Shown in pieces: positions 20,597 through 31,126 of a DNA stretch of 64,000 bases. A model generated the notes under the pieces. It did no database searches, was not told the DNA's origin, and worked only from the letters and a program-made list of their open reading frames with translations. The stretch's first letter is position 1. The number at the start of each line of letters is the position of its first letter. The DNA is from a virus, in IMG/VR virus record IMGVR_UViG_3300022924_000018, positions 1 through 64,000 of that record. One strand, 5' to 3'. Both the position numbers and the translations under genes were made by a program.

Positions 20597-20941
20597 ATGA
20601 AGGGAATTTATCTAAAGCTTTCTATCCTAGCATACACAATATTTGTTTTATGCTACAATTTCTTTGAAGTTACGCTATCAACTAATTACTATTATTTATT
20701 TGAAAAATGTTTTATGCTTATGGTTCTTTTTATAGACTACAAAAGTTCTACGATAACAGACAGGCTGTTTATAAACTATGCAAGAATATTAACGACATTG
20801 GTGCTTGTGCATCTTATACTATCCTTATTTCAGGACGGTGTTAAAGAGTATGGATTGGCATTCTTAGTGTCTAGCGTTGTACTATCTATCTTTGGTTCGT
20901 TAATTGCGCTTTACTTGGAAATAAGGAGAGAGAAATTATGA
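20597..20941 (+). CDS. Multi-pass membrane protein (~4 TM)
   Basis: Hydrophobic segments. Confidence 0.65.
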   Translation: MKGIYLKLSILAYTIFVLCYNFFEVTLSTNYYYLFEKCFMLMVLFIDYKSSTITDRLFINYARILTTLVLVHLILSLFQDGVKEYGLAFLVSSVVLSIFGSLIALYLEIRREKL

Positions 20942-21201
20942 AAAAGGAAAGATTTGTTTGGAGTTGGCCGATACTGCTTATGATATGCGTTACCTTTAGC
21001 GCTAGTGTGTTACAGTCTTGTGGGGCAATAAAAGTTGATAGCATTAACAAACGTCCTATATTAAACACATTCAATCAGCTTAATGCTGTGTGTTGGGTGT
21101 CAGGGTTTACAATTGTTATAGGCATTGCTTTTGCGTATTACGTACACCTACAGTTAACAAAACTAGATGAAAAGATTAACCAATTAAAGCACAGTGAATA
21201 A
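20938..21201 (+). CDS. Small membrane protein (2 hydrophobic segments, LQSC lipobox-like)
   Basis: ATGA overlap with upstream gene. Confidence 0.55.
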   Translation: MKKERFVWSWPILLMICVTFSASVLQSCGAIKVDSINKRPILNTFNQLNAVCWVSGFTIVIGIAFAYYVHLQLTKLDEKINQLKHSE

Positions 21202-21203
21202 TA

Positions 21204-21500
21204 ATGAATCAATCAGAAGAAAGGGTACAATTATCCCGCAAGTGGAAGCTATTTCAGTTGTATTCACTTCAAATTGCTTTGGGTTGCCTTTCAGGATTGA
21301 TATTATTAAACTTCTCTTATGTGGAGGGAGTGTTCAAGAAAATTCATTTGGAAGCTCTGTATGCTTACTTCCTTGCATCCGTCATTATTATTGGTGTATT
21401 TGCTTTTATGTGTTCAGGAGGAATAGGATTATTCAGATTGATAAATGCAAAGCGATTACTAAGGATTATAGAAAAGGAGGACAATAACGATGGAGTATAA
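21204..21500 (+). CDS. Small 2-TM membrane protein
   Basis: Two hydrophobic segments. Confidence 0.6.
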   Translation: MNQSEERVQLSRKWKLFQLYSLQIALGCLSGLILLNFSYVEGVFKKIHLEALYAYFLASVIIIGVFAFMCSGGIGLFRLINAKRLLRIIEKEDNNDGV

Positions 21501-21843
21501 TTACAGAATAGGTCTGGTTGTTTTTCTTATTAATGTTACTATAATTATTTGTTGCAGTATAGGAAGCTATTATAGGTTTCATAGCGCTGTTAACTCTAAA
21601 ACAAAGAAAGAGGCAGACCAACACTTCTTAGTACTTTTATGCTTCCTTACTTTTCTTGTAGCTAATTCTTTTGCCCTATATACAGGATACAAAGCTTATA
21701 TACTGACTCCTTCGTTAATACGGAGTGATTTGATAATTTATAGATTGGCTGACAGAAGTGCTATGTTGCTTGTTAGTATAGGATTGATGTTATTGGGAAG
21801 GAATATTAAAGGAGTGTTTAAACATGAGGATATAGATACTTAA
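21490..21843 (+). CDS. 3-TM membrane protein
   Basis: Three hydrophobic segments. Confidence 0.6.
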   Translation: MEYNYRIGLVVFLINVTIIICCSIGSYYRFHSAVNSKTKKEADQHFLVLLCFLTFLVANSFALYTGYKAYILTPSLIRSDLIIYRLADRSAMLLVSIGLMLLGRNIKGVFKHEDIDT

Positions 21844-21886
21844 AGAACTGTAACTTCGTTATATTCATAATTTGTTTTTAGAGAAA

Positions 21887-21922
21887 GGAGAAAGGTGTTC
21901 GGATGGATGCCTTTTCTTGTTT
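21887..21922 (+). terminator. Rho-independent terminator after membrane cluster
   Basis: AGAAAGGTGTTC-GGAT-GGATGCCTTTTCT then T-rich. Confidence 0.55.
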
Positions 21923-21960
21923 ATTGATATTCAGTACATTTACATAAAAAAAGAATCACT

Positions 21961-23199
21961 ATGGCTTTAAGAAAAGGAACAATCACAGAGGGAGGTAATA
22001 AGATTACTTGGACTCAAACGGATAAGGGTATATCCTATTCAGATGGAAAGACTGCTATCCCATCTCCTGACAACATGGATGCTAAAATAGCTTATAAGAC
22101 CGCTACCTCTGTTGTAGTGCCTCCTGTAGTTATACCACCTGTTGTGGACACTAAATGGGTTTCATATACTCCTGATGAGTTGTCTACTAAAGTTGGATTA
22201 AAAGACGTAAACGTTAGGATTAAGGCATCAACTAAGCCTTATACAGGTCAATATACCCTTACAGATTTTGAGCGTGTTACAATTGATCTAAATGCGTCAG
22301 AAGGTGTAGTATTCTCTACATGGAATATGGAAGCTTTTGTGCTTAAAGGAATAACGAATGATTTACATTTTATTAATGGAAATGTAACTAAGACTAACAG
22401 GCCATTTGTTAAGTACGATTATTTGGGAAGTAAGCAATTAAGTGGCATTACTTTCGATAAAATGGTGTTGGACAATACAGGTAGTTTATTTGACTCTCAA
22501 GGTGGTTATAAAGACTCTGTAGAGCAATTGGCTTTAGGTATTATCAATAACTTTAAAGTAACGAATACAACTATTAAAAACTCTCCAAATCAAGGTACTT
22601 TTGTTGTGGTTAAGGGGGAAGATTGGCTATTTGAAAATGTTACGGTAGATAATGTAGCTGTTACATCTGGACAACATGCACATATATTGGTGTTGATGGG
22701 TAATGGAATCATAAGGAATAGCATAGTTACTAATCATAGGGGAAGTTTTAATAGGGTTACGGCATATAACTTAACCACGGCTAATAAGAAATCGGTATTT
22801 ACTAACAATATTGTTGATAGTTCAACTAGGTACAGTGCCTTTGAGGTGTTTTACTTACCTGATGAGGTTTATAAAAAAGCAGGATTGTTTTATCCTTCTA
22901 GTGTATTAATTTACAATAATACTATTGGTAGATTAGGATGGACAGATAAGATTTGGGAGAATGTTGGTGTTGATATCTATGATAGCAGAGGTGCTGTAGA
23001 GTTCTATAACAACTTATGCTATAATTTATACTCAAACAATAACAATGCTAATCCTAGTTTAATTAACTATGCGAGTAGGGATGCTAAAGACCCTTTAGTT
23101 AAGTCTTATGGCAATGTGTATAAAGCTACATGGCAAGAAGCAGTAGAGAACTTAAACAGTTTTAAATCTAAATTTAATGGCGTAGGAGCGTCTTTGTAG
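21961..23199 (+). CDS. Right-handed beta-helix (pectate-lyase-like) protein, possible depolymerase
   Basis: N/I/V-rich beta-helix pattern (FENVTVDN, IIRNSIV, FTNNIV, IYNNTI, FYNNL); VVPPVVIPPVV linker. Confidence 0.6.
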   Translation: MALRKGTITEGGNKITWTQTDKGISYSDGKTAIPSPDNMDAKIAYKTATSVVVPPVVIPPVVDTKWVSYTPDELSTKVGLKDVNVRIKASTKPYTGQYTLTDFERVTIDLNASEGVVFSTWNMEAFVLKGITNDLHFINGNVTKTNRPFVKYDYLGSKQLSGITFDKMVLDNTGSLFDSQGGYKDSVEQLALGIINNFKVTNTTIKNSPNQGTFVVVKGEDWLFENVTVDNVAVTSGQHAHILVLMGNGIIRNSIVTNHRGSFNRVTAYNLTTANKKSVFTNNIVDSSTRYSAFEVFYLPDEVYKKAGLFYPSSVLIYNNTIGRLGWTDKIWENVGVDIYDSRGAVEFYNNLCYNLYSNNNNANPSLINYASRDAKDPLVKSYGNVYKATWQEAVENLNSFKSKFNGVGASL

Positions 23200-23202
23200 G
23201 AT

Positions 23203-23739
23203 ATGCTGAATAAACAAGATATAAAAGAACTTGCAGAAAAGAACGGTTACACTTATGATAACTTAAATGCCGTTGTTAAAGTGGAGTCGGGAGGGATAGG
23301 ATTTGCAGCAGATGGAAAGATTATAATTCAATTCGAGCCATCTTGGTTTAAGAGGAAGTCTCCTTATACCCCATCTGGACTGTGGTCACAGAATGGAGTT
23401 GAAAGACAAGTAAGAGAATGGCAAGCATTTAATGACGCTTTTAAACGTGACCCAAATGCTGCTATGGAATCAACATCAATAGGATTGATGCAGGTAATGG
23501 GGTTTCATTATAGCTTATTAGGATTTAAAACTGTAGGAGAGATGTGGGATTTTGCAAAGGTTTCAGAACGAAACCAATTAGATTTAGCGATTAGATTTAT
23601 CAAGTCAAATAAAAAACTAGATAAGGCTTTAAAAGAGGGCGATGCAGCCACTTTCGCTTATTATTACAATGGTAGTGGGTATAAGAAATTTAAATACGAC
23701 ACACGGCTTGTATCAGCAGGAATGAAATCAACTAAATAA
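23203..23739 (+). CDS. Endolysin, N-acetylmuramidase (DUF3380-type)
   Basis: AVVKVESGG.GF, I.FEP, AMESTSIGLMQVMGF, FAYYYNG..Y...YD. Confidence 0.9.
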   Translation: MLNKQDIKELAEKNGYTYDNLNAVVKVESGGIGFAADGKIIIQFEPSWFKRKSPYTPSGLWSQNGVERQVREWQAFNDAFKRDPNAAMESTSIGLMQVMGFHYSLLGFKTVGEMWDFAKVSERNQLDLAIRFIKSNKKLDKALKEGDAATFAYYYNGSGYKKFKYDTRLVSAGMKSTK

Positions 23740-23747
23740 AATATATT

Positions 23748-24131
23748 ATGGAATTTCAAATTTATCTTAAATGTGTTATAGCAGGAATACTAGGTATGAT
23801 TGCTCACATTGTCTTTTTAAAGCTTCCTGCGGTAAGGAAACGTAGCTTGGCAGCTAACAAGCCATTTAACCTTAAAGAGTACTTTAAAGATGATTGGTTA
23901 GCTATTCTTGGCTCTTTTCTTACTGTAGTTATTTGCGTTTATCTATTGGATGAAATTATAGGGTACAATCCTAACTTCTTTAGATATGTTAAATATGGGT
24001 TCTTGTTTATAGGTTATACAGGGAGTTCAGTATTAATTGGGATACTAGGTAAGGCAGACCCTAAAATACTAACTAAGGTGGATAAGGCTACAAATGAGTT
24101 AAGCGACATTAAAGCGGGAGATAGATTATGA
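23748..24131 (+). CDS. Putative holin (3 TM)
   Basis: Three TM segments, charged C-terminus, adjacent to endolysin. Confidence 0.65.
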   Translation: MEFQIYLKCVIAGILGMIAHIVFLKLPAVRKRSLAANKPFNLKEYFKDDWLAILGSFLTVVICVYLLDEIIGYNPNFFRYVKYGFLFIGYTGSSVLIGILGKADPKILTKVDKATNELSDIKAGDRL

Positions 24132-24664
24132 AGGAAGACGGGAAGGGATTAATCAATTGGTCTTTGGTAGGTGTGGTTGTTGGAGTGATTATGCTGTTGC
24201 TGTTTTTAGCGGGGTTATTCCAATCATGCGGAACACGTAAGGTAGAAACTCAAATCGCTAAGACAGATGTTAAGGTTGATAAGGAGGTAAAAGAAAGCGG
24301 TACTCAATCTAACAAAGTAGAAATTTATACTAATACTGTTGCCTCTGAAAAGAGTGATAAAGTAGACGAAAGACAAGAGCAAAGGATAACAGAGCTTTAT
24401 AATGAAAATGGGGTGCTTATAAAGCGATTGACGGAGTTAACTAATCAAAAGAGTACAGATAAGTCAATTAAAGATAAAAGTGTCTTAGAAAGCTTTATTT
24501 CGTTTGAATATAAAACGTTTGTTACTACCTATCGTGAAACTATTACTATACACACTAAAGGAAAAGTTAAGGCATCCGAAACAAGTAACAAGTACTTTTA
24601 TATTACTATAGCTTTATTAGGTGGATTAGTTATTTGGTTAGGGTATAAAAAGGTAAGGGGCTAA
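24128..24664 (+). CDS. Putative spanin (lipobox plus C-terminal TM)
   Basis: LFQSC lipobox, C-terminal YFYITIALLGGLVIWLGY, last gene of lysis cassette. Confidence 0.6.
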   Translation: MKEDGKGLINWSLVGVVVGVIMLLLFLAGLFQSCGTRKVETQIAKTDVKVDKEVKESGTQSNKVEIYTNTVASEKSDKVDERQEQRITELYNENGVLIKRLTELTNQKSTDKSIKDKSVLESFISFEYKTFVTTYRETITIHTKGKVKASETSNKYFYITIALLGGLVIWLGYKKVRG

Positions 24665-24677
24665 TCACCCCTTTTTT
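24655..24677. terminator. Terminator at convergence of late and early arms
   Basis: AAGGGG-CTAATCA-CCCCTT then TTTT; A-run upstream. Confidence 0.65.
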
Positions 24678-24678
24678 A

Positions 24679-25140
24679 TTAATCATTCGGTTTAAATAAC
24701 ACTATCCATTTGCCTGTTGTTGATTCTGCTTCTAACCATTTGGTATTTGCTTCTTTCCATTTTACATCCGAAGTGTAATCATGATAAATTGGATATTCAT
24801 AAGGATTAACCTCATACACTTGTAAATGCTGCATCAGGGATTTGAAGGAATCTAGGGCGCTAAATAACGAATGAGTAAAATACCCTTTACGGTAATCCTT
24901 ATGCTTAATTAAACCGTAATCATTATACTCATCAACCATAATCTTAGCTGTTTCTTCTGTAACCTCGCTTGTAAGTCCGATTAAAACCGTGCCTTTCGGG
25001 AAGTATTCCCTGAATGTTTCATGACCAACAAAGTAAGATAAATAAGGCTTTTCATCATTGAAATACTTAAACCTATCTGCCCCGGGTGATGGAAGGAAAA
25101 ACGTTACCGTTCCCTTTTCTGTTTTATGTTCTACTTGCAT
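24679..25140 (-). CDS. Hypothetical phage protein
   Basis: 153-aa ORF in leftward operon. Confidence 0.6.
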   Translation of the reverse strand: MQVEHKTEKGTVTFFLPSPGADRFKYFNDEKPYLSYFVGHETFREYFPKGTVLIGLTSEVTEETAKIMVDEYNDYGLIKHKDYRKGYFTHSLFSALDSFKSLMQHLQVYEVNPYEYPIYHDYTSDVKWKEANTKWLEAESTTGKWIVLFKPND

Positions 25141-25631
25141 GGTTAAGCGTTAGATGTAAAACAAGTTACGCATAAAACAGGATGTGATTTCTTACCAAAT
25201 TCAAAATCGATTTTAGAAAGTTGTTTGTCGCAATTACAGCAATTAGGATTATGATAAAGTTCTTTTTCTTCATCCCATTCTAAATCCATTTTTTCGGCAA
25301 TATCTTGTATCTTATCGGGATTTGGATTAGCTATGTCTAGTTTATCAAACGCAAGGTCTAATACTTCATTGTCAGTTAAGTGTGTTTTCATAATCTTACT
25401 TTAAATTGTTTCTAAATCTGTTAGGTTAGTATGAGTTTAGAATAGTCATAGCATATTGAAATGCCCTAGTCCAAGTTTGTTCCAATCCATTAATTTCATT
25501 CCATCCGATTCGATCTGCGTGATCTTCATAACTATATTGCACGTCGTCGGGGTCTTGAATAGTTTTCATAATATCCGCCCGCATTTGTTCTTGATGGTTT
25601 TTTCTAATTATATCTATTGTTTCCATATCTC

Positions 25632-25856
25632 TTATGTTAAATCCTTTAGGTTGAGGATTGATTGTTTGTCAATAATAACCTCGTATCCGGCATCCCCTTT
25701 ATCAATGCATTTATAATTTGCCTTTTCCGCTGCTTCATCTAACTTTTGATTGGCGTATAGCTTCATTGCTTTTAAAATCATTGCATCTGTTTTACGACCA
25801 ACTGGCCATGGTCTATTTGGACAAACTAAGTCAAGTATTTCTTCTGCTGTTTTCAT
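25632..25856 (-). CDS. Small phage protein (MKTAEEIL family)
   Basis: Resembles 51803-52009 and 52197-52439. Confidence 0.55.
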   Translation of the reverse strand: MKTAEEILDLVCPNRPWPVGRKTDAMILKAMKLYANQKLDEAAEKANYKCIDKGDAGYEVIIDKQSILNLKDLT

Positions 25857-26224
25857 ACTTGTAAATTTACCTTTTATATACCCTTAAAAACGTTCTATAC
25901 TTACCGTCTGTAGGGATGTGTTTGTCTAAACATATTATATGCCATATTGCTTTTAGTAGCTTCATAGCAGTTCTAATTTTTTATTGGTGTCTCTAGATAA
26001 TTTTCCAAACCCTCGATTAAACAACTTTAAATAATCATTAACAAGTTTTCTATGCGTTTCAATAAAAATCCAATCTTCATCATCCATGACGCTACCTATA
26101 GTCATATTTCTACCAACACTCATTATTAATTGCTGTACAATTCGTATTTCGGACTGTCTATCTTCGAAATATTCTATATGAGTCAAAAGTTTATTTGCCT
26201 CATTAATTGTTTCTTTTTCCATTT

Positions 26225-26515
26225 CTACTTCTCCTTTTTAACTTGGTTAGTACCTAAGAACTGTGCTAATCCCTGCATCTGTTCTCTTAACTCTTTAGCT
26301 TTCTTACTTGGTATATCACTTTCTTCTATTGACTTATTAATGTTTCCTAATATTCCGTATATCTGCTTTAGATTAGTAGGTGTTAGATTTAAGTGGGTAA
26401 TGGTGTCCTGTACGGCTTTAACTTCTTGTTTAGGCTTAGTTACCTCTTTAGTTGATTGACCGTAGCTTATAACGGCTGTAAATGCGAATAATGTTGTAAT
26501 GATAAGTTTTTTCAT
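26225..26515 (-). CDS. Secreted small protein with signal peptide
   Basis: MKKLIITTLFAFTAVISYG-Q. Confidence 0.6.
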   Translation of the reverse strand: MKKLIITTLFAFTAVISYGQSTKEVTKPKQEVKAVQDTITHLNLTPTNLKQIYGILGNINKSIEESDIPSKKAKELREQMQGLAQFLGTNQVKKEK

Positions 26516-26734
26516 TTTATTATTTGTTTTATTAATGATGATAAGTTGTGTATTTCTTCATGTGTTATGATTATTTCTTTCCCCTTTTTAGTAGTTAAAA
26601 CAATAAAGTCATTTTCGCTACTCGTATATACATTACCTCCGTTTTTTAATGGGTAAGAAATGCTTAAAGTTGTTGATGCTTCATTTTGAGGCCAATTATA
26701 AGCAGGCTGAATGTATTGTGTTTCATTTTCCATC

Positions 26735-27040
26735 TTATTCCTTAATTATTAAAATCCTCTTTACTGTTATTGTTTTAAGCTTATATCCTTTATATAAATA
26801 TATAGGGAACATAAGTTGATCGTAGAAGTTTAACGTAGCTACATCCCTTTTTAAATCAGTTGTATTGGCTATGTAATATCTATCGTTAGATTTAGTATAA
26901 ACGTAAGTATAAAGGGTGTCAGGTTCGTTATGATTAGTGTTTTCAAGTTTACTGACATATATGTTTACATCAACGTATTCGGGTAGTGTTTCCTGCTTTG
27001 AGCATCCTGCAAAAAGTAATAGGAGTAGTAGATATTTCAT
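26735..27040 (-). CDS. Lipoprotein
   Basis: MKYLLLLLLFAGC lipobox. Confidence 0.65.
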   Translation of the reverse strand: MKYLLLLLLFAGCSKQETLPEYVDVNIYVSKLENTNHNEPDTLYTYVYTKSNDRYYIANTTDLKRDVATLNFYDQLMFPIYLYKGYKLKTITVKRILIIKE

Positions 27041-27554
27041 AGTTTTATTTCTTAATTACTGATTCATTTTGTAGTCCCCATGCAGGGCTTTCTCGGTCTA
27101 AGTTTCTAAGTGACCATTTCTGTGCGAGGGTAACATCCATTTCTGTTATCTTTAAATGATGCGCCACCCTTCCAATAGTAAAATTAGGATTAGCCTTTAA
27201 GAAAGCTAATATCTCTTCTCTGCTTTTCATAAATTCTCAAGTTTGTTTTTAATATCATTTTGTGAATAATTGTTTCTTTTGTAACCGAATGGATTGGCAA
27301 GCTTAAATAAATAGTCCATAGTCTTAAAATAAGGTTCTTGTTTATGTATAGGCATTTCTTCAAACTCTATATTGTCTAGCTTTCGCTTTAAATACTTGTA
27401 TTCTTTTTTAGGAGTGACTTTGCTTTTGGAGGTTTCCTTTTGCTTAGACGTTACTTTAGGAGGACTAAACGGGTAATATCTCATAATAAGAAGTTAAAGG
27501 AGGCTTTTTACACCTCCAATTAGATTAAAATGGTAGTGTTATTTTCTTACCATT

Positions 27555-27896
27555 TTAGAAGGGTAAATCTTGGTCTGGGTCTTCCTCTACAGATGCGGGT
27601 GCTTGTTGTGTTGGTGTTCCCGAAGTCTGATTGATGTTAAACTTCCATAGTTGTAAGCTTAGGTAAAACTTTTCTTTATACTCGTTACCTCTAAAATTCG
27701 CTGACACCGTTACGTTATATCCAACCCTAATTTCATCTAACTTAACACAGTTGTCTTGTGTAGCTTGAATAGGAATGAATTGAGGATATTCGGTTGCCTC
27801 ATCAATTGTTAAAACTAAATCTCTTTTTTTAAATTTTTCAGAAACTTGTTCTGTTGTTCCTACGGCTTTTACCGTTCCTGTAATTTCTACTGTCAT
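27555..27896 (-). CDS. DUF3127-family single-stranded DNA-binding-like protein
   Basis: EITGTV...VSEKFKKRDLV...EYPQ...NFRGNEY...LQLWK, acidic C-terminus DLPF. Confidence 0.85.
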   Translation of the reverse strand: MTVEITGTVKAVGTTEQVSEKFKKRDLVLTIDEATEYPQFIPIQATQDNCVKLDEIRVGYNVTVSANFRGNEYKEKFYLSLQLWKFNINQTSGTPTQQAPASVEEDPDQDLPF

Positions 27897-28246
27897 GATG
27901 TTTTAATTATTGATTCTTCTTTTTTTAATTTATTTATTAATGAGGCAACCCTCTTTTGATTCTCTACACTTAAAGCCAAACTGTCGTACACTAAATTAAA
28001 GTTTCTCTGCGTTTCAGCCTCTATAAGATCGTTTTCTAATCCAAATGATGCAATATCTCTGCTTAGGTTTTTAAGTAGCGTAGAAACGTTCTTTTGTGTC
28101 TTATCGCATAAGTTAAACAGATACTTGTTATCCTCCTCTTTAATGCCGTATTGAAGTGTTAGCATCGTTAAGTAATCTTTGAATATTTCTCCACTTATAA
28201 GGCTACCTGACTTTACGTTGAATGTAATTGATTCCTTAATTGTCAT
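27893..28246 (-). CDS. Hypothetical phage protein
   Basis: 117-aa ORF coupled to SSB gene. Confidence 0.55.
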   Translation of the reverse strand: MTIKESITFNVKSGSLISGEIFKDYLTMLTLQYGIKEEDNKYLFNLCDKTQKNVSTLLKNLSRDIASFGLENDLIEAETQRNFNLVYDSLALSVENQKRVASLINKLKKEESIIKTS

Positions 28247-28312
28247 TTCATTATAGCTAATATTAAAAGTATTAAGTAAATAAGGATGTGCTTTAGGGTT
28301 ATTAGGTCTGTG

Positions 28313-28747
28313 TTACTGTTTCTGTAGTGTGCCATGTTCGTAAATATTTCCGATTATTTCAATATTTGGATTGTTAAGTAGAAAAGGTTTATTATTGCAA
28401 GTGTACAGAGGACGGTCTATTCTATTTCTGTTATCAGATGATACTATCCAGTAATTCCAAGCTAAATGTAAATCATCCCAATAAATGCTATACAAATCAT
28501 TTTGACTTCCTAAATCGCTATTAGCACGATATGCTTTTACTAAGTCTCCTTCATAAATGTCTTTTCCGTTTTTATCTTGTTTGCCTGTAAACTGACCAAG
28601 GGTTTCGGGGTTAACTTCATACTTACTAAAATCGTTTGAGTCTGAATGTTCAATTTCGTGAAAGACTCTGCCGTTTATGTTTGCTTTAATGTAATTGCCA
28701 AAAACCATTGTATTTCCATACATTGCTCTAAATTTAATTTCTCTCAT
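28313..28747 (-). CDS. YopX-family protein
   Basis: MREIKFRA...GQFTGKQDKNGKDIYEGD...EIIGNIYE; start moved to ATG 28747. Confidence 0.9.
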   Translation of the reverse strand: MREIKFRAMYGNTMVFGNYIKANINGRVFHEIEHSDSNDFSKYEVNPETLGQFTGKQDKNGKDIYEGDLVKAYRANSDLGSQNDLYSIYWDDLHLAWNYWIVSSDNRNRIDRPLYTCNNKPFLLNNPNIEIIGNIYEHGTLQKQ

Positions 28748-28772
28748 ATCTTTTAATCTAATATTCTTAATC

Positions 28773-29336
28773 CTAGTTTTTTTGTGTTTTGAAAAAAGCA
28801 ACTAAATCTTTAAGCAAAACTTTTTTGTAATCAGGGTATTTAATACTTTCGGTATGTTCTTGAGTCCACCTGTATCTACCTTTCACCTCTACAGAACCAT
28901 CTTCTTTAAATTCAGGAGGGTAGTAATTTATGCTATAATATTTGCTTAAAACTTTTTTTACTTTATCTGCAAAATCCCATTGATTGTCATCCCATTTCCA
29001 ATGTTCCATATCTTTAACCTTGATAGGAGAAAATCGGACTAAACTTACATTACTCCACCAACATAATCCGCCATCTTCTATACTTTCAAGAAGAAACTCA
29101 TGCCAACCATTATCATGTAGTCTGATTTCTTTAAACCAAGATAAATACCATTTGGTAAAAGGCGCTGCGGATATTCTAACTAAATCTCCATCTCTTAAAG
29201 CTTCACTTTTAACTGACTCAAAACTCCAATCTTTTTGACTTATGTTTCTATGTTCATCATAATATGTCGTTGTGGCAAAATTTATTATATAATTGAGTAT
29301 TTCTATTCTTGCCCTGTTTCTTGTAATTAATTTCAT
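28773..29336 (-). CDS. Hypothetical phage protein
   Basis: 187-aa ORF. Confidence 0.6.
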   Translation of the reverse strand: MKLITRNRARIEILNYIINFATTTYYDEHRNISQKDWSFESVKSEALRDGDLVRISAAPFTKWYLSWFKEIRLHDNGWHEFLLESIEDGGLCWWSNVSLVRFSPIKVKDMEHWKWDDNQWDFADKVKKVLSKYYSINYYPPEFKEDGSVEVKGRYRWTQEHTESIKYPDYKKVLLKDLVAFFKTQKN

Positions 29337-29761
29337 TTTCCTAATCTGCTTTTTAAATAACCTAATTCTCTTGATTCTTTGTCGTTGGCATGAATGTAGT
29401 CGTGGTGTGGTTTACATACAGCCATCCATTCTCTACTGTCCAACATATAGTCTTTTCCTCTGCCCCTGATATGATGGCATTCTGTAGATATGCTTATACA
29501 ATTTTTAAACATACATAACGGATGGTCTTTCATAAATTGTTTCCTTAACACGCTATATGCAGCATCTATTTTCTTTTGCTTATCGCTTTTCTTATTAATC
29601 GGAGTTCTCTTCTCTACGGGCTTTATATCGCTTGACTTAGTGGTTATTTTGTAGTTGCCTATGGGTGTTGCCTGTTTGAGCGAACACTCTTTACATTGCT
29701 TTGGGTTACTTTTCCATAGGTAGCATTCCTTTTGGCAGGATGAGCATATTTTAAGTTTCAT
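29333..29761 (-). CDS. Zn-finger/HNH-like nuclease
   Basis: CxxC pairs, ECHHIRGRG, AVCKPHHDYIH. Confidence 0.65.
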   Translation of the reverse strand: MKLKICSSCQKECYLWKSNPKQCKECSLKQATPIGNYKITTKSSDIKPVEKRTPINKKSDKQKKIDAAYSVLRKQFMKDHPLCMFKNCISISTECHHIRGRGKDYMLDSREWMAVCKPHHDYIHANDKESRELGYLKSRLGK

Positions 29762-31126
29762 CTTCTTTTTCGTAATATTTATTCATAACCTTTTCTTTCA
29801 TCAGTTGCTCTACCCACATTACATCATGTTTAATTGTATGTCTCCAATGAAATCCCTCTTGCTCTGCATTATCTCTTATTCTTTTCAGAACTTCATATAC
29901 AGCATTCAATTCGGGTAGGCTGGCTTTTCTTAGTTTGTCGTATTCTAAAGTCATCATATCCTTTGTTCTCCTTTAATTTTAAACCTATCTGTAAATAAAG
30001 TTCCTTGTTCTTTAGGTAATATATAATACTGATAAGCATTACTACCACATTCGTTTATTCTTATCTCTTGTGTTGCTTCTAATGATTTGAAGTAGTCTGA
30101 ACTCTTGCGCCATTTAGGTTGTTTCATAATTCAACTCTTGTTATTGCATGTGCAAGCTTCATTCCATCATCTCCATCAAACTCATGTAGTTCTGGATTAG
30201 CCTCTAATACGTAAGGATAATGACCTTTTACCCATCCTTTAGGCGTTAATAACTCAAACTCTAATCCGTTAATACATTCTTCCATTGTAGGCTCTCTGTA
30301 TTTTGTTTCATCAAAAAATGCCATATCTATTTATTTTGTGTTTTCTTAGCCTCGTGTTCAGCCTTAAGTTTGTCGATCATTTCCTGAGTGCCTACAAAAT
30401 ATTGAGGTGTTCCCCAAGCAAGATGGTGTTTAAATTTCTCCATGATCTCTTCTCTGCTCTGTAAAACGGCTACAAGCAGATTACCTACGTTTAGTGTGCC
30501 TCTCCTAGCCATAGTTTCGACGTAGTGATATACCAATGGGTCATTAAGATACTTTTTAAAGCCTTGAGGTAAAGAGTCAATTATCAACTTTTTACATTCT
30601 TCTATTTTATTGTATTCTTCCATATCTCTTTATATTTTATCTATGTCTATAAATTTTGGTAAATCATTTTTATTTTCGCTATAAAATAACAAACCTCTTT
30701 TAGCTATTTGTGGCTCATATTTAGCATCAGGAAATTTAAACAGCTTTTCTGTAGCAAATTCTTTAATCAGATTTAAGTAATACTTTCTGTTAGCCCGGTA
30801 ACTAATTCGTCTATCCCTTGAGTTCTTTTTCATAATCTTATTTGTTTACTCCTCCACTACGCTTTGTTTCTTTACACCATTGGTTATAGAGGGTGTTTAG
30901 TTTTTGTTCCATAATGTTTAATTACTTTCCTAAATGCTTTTCTAATGCGACTATTAACCCAAAAGCAAACTTGTCGTTTTCGTTCCAAAGTTCGCATAAT
31001 AAATTGTACAAGTCTCTTGCTTCATTATCAGTTGCAGTTATCAGTCCGTCTGATATAATGCTTAGTATTTCATGTTTCATATTGTTTAAAGGGATTAGAA
31101 AGGGTGTTTCATTTATTGTACTGTAC

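Noticed and set aside
21194-21487. 97-aa alternative-frame ORF overlapping 21204-21500
   Set aside because: GTG start, fully overlapping a better ATG membrane-protein ORF; no lipobox to suggest a nested spanin
25426-25626. Locally GC-richer small gene with clustered GATC sites, suggesting recent acquisition or genome-wide site avoidance
   Set aside because: Cannot be quantified without k-mer counts, and the segment is too short
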